Positions 1 to 8,208 of a stretch of 64,000 nt of DNA are shown in pieces. The notes beneath the pieces are model-generated. The model searched no databases. It was not told the DNA's origin and saw only the letters and a program-made list of their open reading frames with translations. The DNA comes from Isosphaeraceae bacterium. GTDB taxonomy: Bacteria > Planctomycetota > Planctomycetia > Isosphaerales > Isosphaeraceae. Within the stretch, counting starts at the first letter, position 1. The number at the start of each line of letters is the position of its first letter. A program made the position numbers and the translations under genes. The stretch is from assembly GCA_965279195.1 (NCBI GenBank), contig CBDIHP010000042.1, positions 172,317-236,316 of the forward strand. Direction: 5' to 3'.

Positions 1-457
1 TCACGTTCCGCCGGACGAGCTGGACCTTGTCGCCGGCCCGGTGGAACATGACCACCAGCTCGTCGCCGAAGCCGATCGGGGTGCCGGCCGAGCCGAGGCC
101 GCGCGCGATCATCATCGGCACGAGCAGCGGCTGGTCGAACTGCATCGGCTTGATCTCGGCGTAGAGATGTTCATCCTTCTGGTGGAGGGTGAACAGCCCT
201 TCGGTCTTCACGGCGTCCTTGGTGACGTCGTTGAAGTCGCGATACCGCTTGGGATCGTTGGAGGAGGGGGAGCCGCCCCCGCCACCGCCGCCGCCCGAGC
301 GGGCGCGGAGGATCGTCTCGAGGTCGATGTTGGACTGGCCGCCCTGAGCGGGCGGATTCGCCTGCGCGGCGGGCTTGTCTTCGGCCTTCGCGGTCAAGCC
401 GCAGGCGAAGCCGAACGCGACCAGGGCGTTCAGGCTCGTGGCGAACCTGAGTCTCAT
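1..457 (-). CDS. Hypothetical secreted protein, partial (C-terminus lies beyond the window start). It has an N-terminal signal peptide and an unusual run of nine glycines (G9).
   Basis: Reverse-strand translation starting at the ATG whose complement is 455-457 reads MRLRFATSLNALVAFGFACGLTAKAEDKPAAQANPPAQGGQSNIDLETILRARSGGGGGGGGGSPSSNDPKRYRDFNDVTKDAVKTEGLFTLHQKDEHLYAEIKPMQFDQPLLVPMMIARGLGSAGTPIGFGDELVVMFHRAGDKVQLVRRNV. It has a hydrophobic signal-like N-terminus and runs open to position 1. The listed + ORF 41..529 is its antisense shadow. Confidence 0.5.
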   Translation of the reverse strand, partial: MRLRFATSLNALVAFGFACGLTAKAEDKPAAQANPPAQGGQSNIDLETILRARSGGGGGGGGSPSSNDPKRYRDFNDVTKDAVKTEGLFTLHQKDEHLYAEIKPMQFDQPLLVPMMIARGLGSAGTPIGFGDELVVMFHRAGDKVQLVRRNV

Positions 458-678
458 GGAGTCACTCCGGGGTGCGGGTTCTGGGGGCGGTCGCGTGGGA
501 AATCGGGACGTGGCGACGAGGGGCCCTAGGGATTGCTACGCCGCGTCGCGTCAGAGGGTTTGACCTGGCTCTCCGTCTACCCGTTATCGTGAACGATCGA
601 TGTAGGACTGGCAAGGGGAGTCGATTGCGGAATCCTTGCCAGTCGTGGCGATTTTGACGGGCAGATCGGCTGGGGAGG

Positions 679-1709
679 TCAGGTCGCCTTTCTGGATGGG
701 TCGTCATACCAGCGGACCGATCTCTCGATGCTCTCCGCGTATCCGTAGGCCGGCGTCCAGCCGAGTTTCGTCTCCGCCTTCTCCGTCGAGTACGACAGGA
801 ACCGGCCCATCAGCCAGGTGGCGTAGCGGGTGATCAGGGGCGGCCTCGGCTGGCGAGTGAGCCGAGCGGCGGCCTCGATGAGCACGCTCGCGCCGAAGAC
901 CAGCCTGTAGGGGAGTCTCTTTTTGATCGCCGGTGCGCCGGTGGCGGCGATCCAGAGGTTGAGGTAGTCCTGCTGGGTGATGAACCCTTGATGGGTGATG
1001 TTGTACGCCTCGCCCCGGGACCCTCGTGCCCCGCCGCAAGGATGGCCGCGTCGGCGACGTTGGGGGCGTAGATCGCGCTGATGGGGTTGGTCGCCGGGCC
1101 GATCCAGGGGACGGTCCCGGCGCGGAGTTTCGCGATCAGCCGCGCCATCGTGATCCGGTCGCGTTCGCCGTAGAGCCAGCTCGGGCGGATGATCGTGAGC
1201 GGCAGGCCGCGCGTCTCGGCCAGGTCCCAGAGGAGCCGCTCGGATTCGACCTTGCTGATCGTGTAGTAGTCCCAGAACCGCCAGAGGTTCTGGCCGAGCG
1301 GGGCCGTCTCGTCGATCGGCGGGCCGCCCTCCTTCGGGTGGCCGTAGGCGCTCGTGGAGCTGATCTGGACGAACCGCTTCGCTCCGCCGGCGAGGGCGGC
1401 CTCGGCGATGTTCCGGGTGGCGTCGAGGCAGCCGACCTGGAACTCGCCCCAGGTCCCCCAGTCGCCCACCTTGGCGGCGGAGTGGTAGACGAAATCGGCC
1501 CCCTCGGCGGCCCCGCGGCAGGCGGCGGGATCGCTCAGGTCGCCACGGAAGACCTCGACGCCGATCGCGTCGAGGAAGGTCGTCGGGGTGCCGGGCCGGA
1601 CGAGGGCCCGGACGCGATCGCCCCGGGCACGGAGCTTCTCGGCGATGTGGCTGCCCAGCAATCCGGTCGCGCCGGTGACGAGCGAGAGGCCGGGCGGATT
1701 CGCGGTCAT
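679..1709 (-). CDS. NAD-dependent epimerase/dehydratase (SDR family, extended). The reading frame is interrupted by an apparent frameshift near 1020-1035, so this may be a pseudogene or a sequencing error.
   Basis: The N-terminal part (frame of ORF 834..1709) reads MTANPPGLSLVTGATGLLGSHIAEKLRARGDRVRALVRP... with the GxxGxxG Rossmann motif and a YxxxK-like segment (YYTISK). The C-terminal part continues in the frame of ORF 679..1995 (...RGEAYNITHQGFITQQDYLNLW...WYDDPSRKAT). The two frames meet around GGGGCACGAGGGTCCCGGGGCGAGG, a G/C homopolymer context. Confidence 0.6.
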
Positions 1710-1979
1710 GGGATTCGAGGCTCTCGATCAAACATGAGTCGGGGGAAGGAGATCGGTCCGGCCCGGTGCAAGTGTTGCCCGCGATTTGGCGGGTGTCTTG
1801 AAAAATTGTCAAGGAAGGTCGTCGGGGTGTGGGTCCCGTTGCAAGGGAGCGGTCCGTGCGATGCGCGGGCGGCTCGGCGGAGGGTCGTCGGGAACCGGCC
1901 CGATCGCCCGGTCCCCGAACGGTCAACGCGACTCCCTCGGTTCCCAACGGTCGCCGGCCCCCAACCCGACGAGACCACC

Positions 1980-4046
1980 ATGGCGGAAGAAACACTCGAT
2001 CCCGGTCTGCTCGAGCAGACGAAGAATCAGATCCGTAAGCTGGTGGCCGAGATCGCCGAGCTGGCCGAGTCGGACATCCAGCCGGCGGACTTCTACGTCG
2101 AGTTCCTGAACCGCTCGGTCGCGGCCGTGGCGGCGTCGGGCGGCGCGCTCTGGCTCATGGACGGTCGGGGCGGGCTCAAGCTCCAGCATCACCTGGAGTT
2201 CCAGCTCACCGGCCTGATGAACGGCCAGATCCGCACCGCGCCCCACGACGCCCTGCTGGGCTGCATGATCCAGGCCTCGCAGGCGACGATCATCCCGCCG
2301 GGCGCCACGGTCGAGGGGGTCCCCAACGCCGGCAACCCGACCCCGTTCACGCTCATCATCGCCCCCCTGACCGTCGACAAGCAAGTCGTCGGCCTGGTCG
2401 AGATCCTGATGGATCCGAACCGCCGGGCGGCCACGCAGAAGAGCACGCTCCGGTTCGTGAGCGACCTCTGCGACCTCGCCGGTTCGTACCTCAAGAACCG
2501 CCAGATGCGGCAGATGATGTCGCAGCAGCGGCTCTGGAACCAGCTCGAAGGGTTCACGCACTCGATCCACGGCTCCTTGCACCTCAAGGACACCTGCTTC
2601 GCGGTCGTCAACGACGGCAAGCGCCTGGTCGCCTGCGATCGGTTCAGCGTCGCCTTGAAGATCGGCGGCCGGACGATGGTCGAGGCCGTCAGCGGCCAGG
2701 AAGTCGTCGAGCAGCGGGCGAACCTGATCCGCGAGCTGACCAAGCTCTCCAAGGCGGTCATCCGCTCGGGCGAGGACCTGGTCTACACCGGCAACACCGA
2801 GGGCTTCGCCCCCGACATCCGCGACTCCCTCGAAGCGTACGTCGACGAGTCGGGCTCCAAGGCCGTCATCATGACGATCTTGCACAAGCCCGAGCCCGAT
2901 CAGAGCAAGGAGAAGGTGCCGTTCGGCGTGGTCATCGCCGAGCAGATCGGCGACGAACTCGCCCCGACCGACGCCCATGCCCGCTGCGAGGTCGTCGCGA
3001 GGCACGCCTCGACCGCCCTCTGGAACGCCTCCGAGCACGACAAGACGTTCCTGCCGATCCTCAAGATGATCGGCTCCCCCTGGCGGTTCTTCCGGGGCCG
3101 GACCCTGGCGAAGATCCTCGCCGTGGTCGCCCTGCTCGTCGGCGTGATCCTGATCCTCACCTTCGTGCCCTGGGAACTCCGGATCGAAGGCAGGGGCTCG
3201 CTGCTGCCCGAGCAGCGCCGGATGACCTACGCCCCGCTCGCGGGCAAGGTCATCGAGGTGCCCGTCGATCACGGCGACATCGTCCAGGCGGGCCAGGTCC
3301 TCGCGGTGATCAAGAGCGAGGAGCTGGAGAAGGAATACCTCCGGCTCACCGAGGCCCGCAACGAGGCGAACAGCAAGAAGACCTACCTCCACATCCAGGC
3401 CGAGGCGGCCCGCAAGCGCTCCAGCGAGGAGTACAACACGATCTCCGGCCAGGAGCGCGAGGCCGACATCCAGGAGAAGGGGGCGATCGAGCAGCTCAAG
3501 ATCATCGACGAGCAGCTCAAGCAGCTCGAGATCCGCGCCCCACACAAGGGCAAGATCACGACCTGGGAGCCCAGGAAGAACCTGATCGGCCGCCCGGTGG
3601 AGATCGGCCAGGAGCTGCTCCAGATCGCCGAACTCGAAGGCGAGTGGGTGATGGAGGTCGACGTCCCCGACGACGACATGGGCCCGGTCCTCGAAGCCCG
3701 CCGCAGGCTGGACGAGGACATCAAGGCCGGCAAGAAGCCGCCCGGCTCGGCCCTGAGCGCCTACTTCGTCACGGCCACCGACCCCGAGCACCGCTACACG
3801 GGCTATGTCCGCCGGATCTCCTCGAAGGCCGAGACCGTCGAGGGCAAGCACGTGGTGAAGGTGACGGTCGGGTTCTCGGAGGACATCCGCAAGGACTTCA
3901 TGACCCGGAATCAGGCCCTCCGCCCGGGTGCGGGCGTCTCGGCCCGGATCGACTGCGGCCAGGCCCGGCTCGCCTACGTCCTCTTCCGCGACGTGATCCA
4001 CGTCTTCTACGAGAGCGTCCTCTTCCGCTGGCCGTTCCTCCGTTGA
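1980..4046 (+). CDS. Membrane fusion protein (HlyD family) with N-terminal cytoplasmic tandem GAF-like domains, a single TM helix and a periplasmic biotin-lipoyl-like/coiled-coil/beta-barrel adaptor domain.
   Basis: The ATG at 1980 is in frame with ORF 1026..4046; the upstream part of that ORF is antisense to the epimerase gene and I treat it as non-coding. The protein is MAEETLDPGLLEQTKNQIRKLVAEIAELAE...; two GAF-like blocks lie before residue ~380. The TM helix is ILAVVALLVGVILILTFV. The lipoyl-like hairpin is LAGKVIEVPVDHGDIVQAGQVLAVIKSEEL, followed by a long coiled coil (EKEYLRLTEARNEA...QLKQLEIRAPHKGKI), typical of HlyD/EmrA adaptors. Confidence 0.75.
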   Translation: MAEETLDPGLLEQTKNQIRKLVAEIAELAESDIQPADFYVEFLNRSVAAVAASGGALWLMDGRGGLKLQHHLEFQLTGLMNGQIRTAPHDALLGCMIQASQATIIPPGATVEGVPNAGNPTPFTLIIAPLTVDKQVVGLVEILMDPNRRAATQKSTLRFVSDLCDLAGSYLKNRQMRQMMSQQRLWNQLEGFTHSIHGSLHLKDTCFAVVNDGKRLVACDRFSVALKIGGRTMVEAVSGQEVVEQRANLIRELTKLSKAVIRSGEDLVYTGNTEGFAPDIRDSLEAYVDESGSKAVIMTILHKPEPDQSKEKVPFGVVIAEQIGDELAPTDAHARCEVVARHASTALWNASEHDKTFLPILKMIGSPWRFFRGRTLAKILAVVALLVGVILILTFVPWELRIEGRGSLLPEQRRMTYAPLAGKVIEVPVDHGDIVQAGQVLAVIKSEELEKEYLRLTEARNEANSKKTYLHIQAEAARKRSSEEYNTISGQEREADIQEKGAIEQLKIIDEQLKQLEIRAPHKGKITTWEPRKNLIGRPVEIGQELLQIAELEGEWVMEVDVPDDDMGPVLEARRRLDEDIKAGKKPPGSALSAYFVTATDPEHRYTGYVRRISSKAETVEGKHVVKVTVGFSEDIRKDFMTRNQALRPGAGVSARIDCGQARLAYVLFRDVIHVFYESVLFRWPFLR

Positions 4047-4180
4047 TCGGCCAGCGGTCCTCCCTGTCCGAATCCCACCGGTCCCCGCGCGGGCGGGGCC
4101 CGGATGATCCCCTACACTCTCTTCCGATCGGGTCGAACGGTCACCGCCGACGTACACCCCCACGATCCTGGAGTCCGGTC

Positions 4181-5194
4181 ATGAGCACGTCCTTCTCCAA
4201 GAAAACCGGCGCGATCGCCCTGGGCCTCTCCGCCATGCTGGGCGCGGCCACGCTCGCGCAAGACCCGGCCGGCCGCCCGGCTGCCCCCGCCCGCGCCGCC
4301 AACGATCAGAACATCCTGACGGTCGACGACGGCAAGGTGGACTGGATCTACAAGTCCGACGTCTCCGCCCTCCGCGAGGGCGTGCTCGACAAGATGGAGA
4401 TCACGATCGGCAAGGAGGTCCGACGGGGCGGGTCGATCGGCCAGTTGCACAAGACGCTGGCCGAGCTGGCCGTCGCCAAGGCGAAGGTCGCGGCCGACGG
4501 CAAGGCGGCCAAGGCCAAGGCCGAGGCCCAGCAGGAGCTGGCGTTCGCCGTCGTCGCCCGCAACGAACGACTCAGGAAGAAGGATCCCAACCTCGTCTCC
4601 GCCGAGGAGATGAACAAGGCTGAGGCCGAGTTGAAGGTTGCCGTGGCCCTGATCATTGAGGCCCAGGAGAACCAGGCCCTCGCCCGCGCGGAGCTGGCCA
4701 TCGCCCAGCAGTCGCTCGACGAGCACTTCATCAAGGCCCCGTTCGACGGCGTGGTGATCGAGGAACTCAAGCGGCCGGGCGAGAGCGTCCGAGCCAATGA
4801 GCCGGTCGTCCGCGTGGGGAACCTGGACAAGCTCCGCGTCTTCGCCTTCATCCCGCTCGATTACGTCAGCCGGATCGGCGAGGAGACGACCGTCGAGTTC
4901 CAGCCCCGCGTGACCGGCGTTCGCGGCGGGACGATGGAGATCGAGCAGAAGCGGTTCGTGGGCAAGATCACGTTCGTGGACCCGCAGATCCAGCCGATCA
5001 GCGAGACGGCCATCCGCATCTACGCCGACTTCGAGAACCCGACCAAGGAATTGAAGCCGGGCATGCAGGGCTCGCTGACGATCCGGCTGAACCCGGCGAA
5101 GCCGGCCGCCGCGGGCCTGGTCCAGCCGCAGCCCGCCCCGGGCGTCGGCCCCGCCGCCGCCGCCTCGGCCGAGCTGCCGCCGCTGCCCCGCTGA
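4181..5194 (+). CDS. HlyD/efflux-adaptor family periplasmic protein (membrane fusion protein paralog) with a signal peptide.
   Basis: The ATG at 4181 is in frame with ORF 3644..5194. MSTSFSKKTGAIALGLSAMLGAATLAQDPA is a signal peptide. The lipoyl-like motif FIKAPFDGVVIEELKRPGESVRANEPVVRVGNLDKLRVFAFIP and the coiled coil AELKVAVALIIEAQENQALARAELAIAQQSL are characteristic of membrane fusion proteins. Confidence 0.7.
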   Translation: MSTSFSKKTGAIALGLSAMLGAATLAQDPAGRPAAPARAANDQNILTVDDGKVDWIYKSDVSALREGVLDKMEITIGKEVRRGGSIGQLHKTLAELAVAKAKVAADGKAAKAKAEAQQELAFAVVARNERLRKKDPNLVSAEEMNKAEAELKVAVALIIEAQENQALARAELAIAQQSLDEHFIKAPFDGVVIEELKRPGESVRANEPVVRVGNLDKLRVFAFIPLDYVSRIGEETTVEFQPRVTGVRGGTMEIEQKRFVGKITFVDPQIQPISETAIRIYADFENPTKELKPGMQGSLTIRLNPAKPAAAGLVQPQPAPGVGPAAAASAELPPLPR

Positions 5195-5301
5195 GAAGCT
5201 CGCCGCAGCCCGCCGTCTTGGCCCTTGCCGTCTAGCTGGAATCGACTGAACGACGCCCCGTCCACGCACCCTACCGGGACGCAAGCCAGGAGCGACTCCG
5301 C

Positions 5302-7497
5302 ATGAGCGCCGCCCCGACGATGGCCCCCTCGGCGCCGGCCGGACAGGCCGCCGAGCACCTCTGCGTGCGGCTGCGGCCGGACCTGATCGTCCAGCCGCAG
5401 TTCTACGAGGGGATGACCCACTACGTCATCAAGGACCCGATCGCGCTCAAGTACTTCCGCTTCAAGGTGGAAGAGTACTTCCTGCTCCAGCAGTTCGACG
5501 GCAAGAACAACCTCCAGGACGTCAAGCGGGCCTTCGAGAAGAAGTACCGCCCGCAGACCATCTCGGTCGACGACCTCATCCGCTTCGCCGCCCAGCTCCA
5601 CGAGGCGGGCATCGCCCTGGTCGACACCCCCGACCAGGGGCAGGCGCTCATCCGGCGCCGCAAGAAGAACCAGTGGAAGAAGGTCTGGCAGTTCTTCGCC
5701 AACATCCTGTACATCAAGATCCCGATCATCGATCCGGAACGCTTGCTGAGCTGGATGTACCCCTACTTCCGCTGGATCTACTCCTCCTGGTTCATGACCT
5801 TCAGCGTCGGGCTCATGGTCTCGGCCCTGATGCTGGTCATCAGCCAGTGGGCGACCTTCAGCAGCCGATTGCCCGACTTCCAGAGCTTCTTCAACTGGCA
5901 CACCATCTTCTACTTCTGGTGTAGCCTGGCGGTCGTGAAGGTGATCCACGAGTTCGGGCACGGGCTCACCGCCAAGCACTTCGGCGGCGAGGTCCACGAG
6001 ATGGGGGCGCTGCTGCTCGTCCTCACGCCCGCGCTCTATTGCGACGTCACCGACAGCTGGCTCCTGCCCAACAAATGGAAACGCATCTGGATCTCGGCGG
6101 CCGGCATCTATGTCGAATGCTTGCTGGCGTCGATCGCGACCTTCGTCTGGTGGAACACCGAGCAAGGGCTGCTCAATAGCTTGTGCCTGGCGACCATGTT
6201 CATCTGCTCGGTGAACACGATCCTCTTCAACGCAAACCCCCTGCTCCGCTACGACGGCTATTACGTCATGTCGGACTTCCTGGAGGTTCCGAACCTCCGG
6301 ATCAAGAGCACCCAGTTCTTCACCTACCTGTTCCAGGAGAAGGTGCTCGGGCTGGAGTTGCCGGTCCAGAGCTACATGCCCCGCTCGCGCCGGTTGCTGT
6401 TCGTGACGTACGCCGTCGCCAGCTACCTTTACCGCTGGATCGTGTCCTTCAGCATCATCTGGTTCCTTTATCAGTTCCTCAAGCCGTACAAGCTCGGGTC
6501 GCTGAGCGCGATCCTGGCGGTCGGCTCGCTCGTGCCGCTGATCGTGATGCCCGTCTATCAGATGATCAAGTTCGTCCGCACTCCTGGGAGGATGCGCAAA
6601 GTGAAGAAGCTTCGCACGGCCGCCTTCTTTGCGGTCTTGATCACCGCCGCGACGGCCATCCTGCTGATCCCGACCCCGCTCCGCGTGCAGGGGACGCTAG
6701 TGCTCACGGCGGAGAGGCCCGCCACCGTCTACGCCGAGGTCCCGGGCCTCCTGGAGACCATGGACGTCCGCGACGGCGACGTCGTCAAGGAAGGCCAGAT
6801 CCTCGCGACCCTGAGCAATCCCGAGAAGATCCGCGAGCGGATCCAGCGCACCGACGAGCAGGCGGCGAACTTCGCCAAGGCCAGCTACTTCGCGCAGAAT
6901 TCCGACCTCAACAGCCGCGCCCAGTACAAGGTCCACCTGAAGATCCAGGAGGAGCTTGAAGAGGTCATCAAGAAGGTCGTCGAGCAGATCGGCAAGCTGA
7001 CGCTGGTCGCCCCGCGCGACGGCGTGGTGATGGGGGTCCCCCAGCGCGAGACGCTGGGTCAGCACCTCAAGCCGGGCAAGGTCTTCTGCGAGGTCGCCGA
7101 CCCGACCAGGCTCGAAGCCCACATGATCCTCGACCAGTCGGACATCGACCTCGTCCGCTCGAAGAAGGACCAGCGGGCGACGGCCTGGATCAAGGTCTAC
7201 GGCACCTCCGAGACGACTTGGAAGAGCTACGTCTCCGAGATCGCGCTCCGCAACCGCGAGGAGATCCCGCCCGAGCTGTCGCACATGGCCGGCGGCGAGA
7301 TCGCGACCAAGCAGGACCAGAAGACCGGCCAGGTCAAGCCGCTGACCCCGATGTACGAGGTCATCATCCCTGTGGACAACTCCGAGCTGCGGCTCCAGCC
7401 GAGTCTGCGCGGGTTCGCCAAGATCGACTGCGGTCACTGCACCCTCGCCTGGTGGCTCTGGCGGCTCGTGGCCAAGACCTTCCACTTCTCGCTCTGA
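5302..7497 (+). CDS. Peptidase M50 (site-2 protease-like intramembrane zinc metalloprotease) fused to a C-terminal HlyD/membrane-fusion-protein-like periplasmic domain.
   Basis: The HExxH zinc motif HEFGHGL sits in a TM segment, followed by the M50 signature NANPLLRYDGYYV (N-x2-P-x4-DG). Multiple TM helices are present. After a further TM helix (AAFFAVLITAATAILLIP) come a lipoyl-like hairpin TAERPATVYAEVPGLLETMDVRDGDVVKEGQILATLSNPE, a coiled coil and LVAPRDGVVMGVP, as in HlyD adaptors. An AGGAG-like RBS lies about 9 nt upstream of the ATG at 5302. Confidence 0.8.
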   Translation: MSAAPTMAPSAPAGQAAEHLCVRLRPDLIVQPQFYEGMTHYVIKDPIALKYFRFKVEEYFLLQQFDGKNNLQDVKRAFEKKYRPQTISVDDLIRFAAQLHEAGIALVDTPDQGQALIRRRKKNQWKKVWQFFANILYIKIPIIDPERLLSWMYPYFRWIYSSWFMTFSVGLMVSALMLVISQWATFSSRLPDFQSFFNWHTIFYFWCSLAVVKVIHEFGHGLTAKHFGGEVHEMGALLLVLTPALYCDVTDSWLLPNKWKRIWISAAGIYVECLLASIATFVWWNTEQGLLNSLCLATMFICSVNTILFNANPLLRYDGYYVMSDFLEVPNLRIKSTQFFTYLFQEKVLGLELPVQSYMPRSRRLLFVTYAVASYLYRWIVSFSIIWFLYQFLKPYKLGSLSAILAVGSLVPLIVMPVYQMIKFVRTPGRMRKVKKLRTAAFFAVLITAATAILLIPTPLRVQGTLVLTAERPATVYAEVPGLLETMDVRDGDVVKEGQILATLSNPEKIRERIQRTDEQAANFAKASYFAQNSDLNSRAQYKVHLKIQEELEEVIKKVVEQIGKLTLVAPRDGVVMGVPQRETLGQHLKPGKVFCEVADPTRLEAHMILDQSDIDLVRSKKDQRATAWIKVYGTSETTWKSYVSEIALRNREEIPPELSHMAGGEIATKQDQKTGQVKPLTPMYEVIIPVDNSELRLQPSLRGFAKIDCGHCTLAWWLWRLVAKTFHFSL

Positions 7498-7529
7498 CCC
7501 GTCCGAGCTTCCTCGAACCTGGAAATCGC

Positions 7530-7575
7530 GACCGGCCGGCCTCGGGGCAACCCAGGGCCGGCCGGTTTCGTTTGG
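7530..7575 (+). terminator. Rho-independent terminator-like hairpin downstream of the M50-HlyD gene.
   Basis: ACCGGCCGGCC-tcggggcaacccag-GGCCGGCCGGT followed by TTCGTTT. Confidence 0.5.
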
Positions 7576-8208
7576 AGGGCGCCCGGGCTCTGCCTCGCCG
7601 GTTCATCTGATCCGCCAGCCCCGCGGTGCGCGAGCCTCCACCCATGATGCGGGAGCGAGAGCCGAAGGGACGCCCGACCGGATCGGAGGCGCTGGGCGAG
7701 CAACTCCCGATGCCGCCCTTGCCCTCGCCCCGCTGACCGACCGAACCAGATCTCCCGATCCGTCGACACGGGACGAATGACGTCGGACCGGGAGATCCGG
7801 TTTCGCGGCCTGTCGCGTCATCCGGTGGAGCGGCATCGGGAGATCCCCGCCCAGCGCACGCGACCGGATCTCGGCGTTTGGCAGGCCATTCGGGAGGTCG
7901 GCATCGGGAGAGGCGTCCCTGCGGTGTCGTCAAGGTGCCCGCGGGTTTCCGTCCTCGGAAACCCGGTCCAGCTGCGTCGCGGAAGAACCGGCCTGGGTGG
8001 ATCTCCCGGAATTTCGAGGCCGAATCCCTCGGGCAGCTCTGGGGCATTGGGCCGGAAACCGGCAGCTTCGCACCCGCACTACGAAGTGGGCTTCGAAAGT
8101 AAACCGGCCGCGACGGCCCTCGAAAGGACCGCCGCGGCCGGCAGGCTAGGAGACTCGGGACGGGGGCGGCCGGTTCGGGGCCGCCCAGGGTTCGCTCGAC
8201 GGGGAGAC

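Noticed and set aside
41-529. + strand 162-aa ORF at the window start.
   Set aside because: It is antisense to a convincing signal-peptide-bearing protein on the minus strand (start 457). Its own translation is composition-driven (RGAGRAEAARDHHRHEQ...).
1026-1979. N-terminal 318 codons of ORF 1026-4046 (a putative 1006-aa protein).
   Set aside because: This stretch is antisense to the epimerase gene and Gly/Arg/Asp-rich. Protein-like sequence (MAEETLDPG...) begins only at the ATG at 1980.
1923-4163. 746-aa minus-strand ORF antisense to the GAF-HlyD gene. Similar long ORFs include 7777-11889 (+), 12853-14538 (-), 16712-18655 (-), 20223-22871 (-), 25976-27652 (+), 37075-39141 (-), 39595-42096 (-) and 44025-45263 (-).
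   Set aside because: Their products are Arg/Gly/Pro/Asp-rich low-complexity strings with no motifs. They are typical antisense shadows in >65% GC DNA, and each overlaps a gene with clear family signatures on the other strand.
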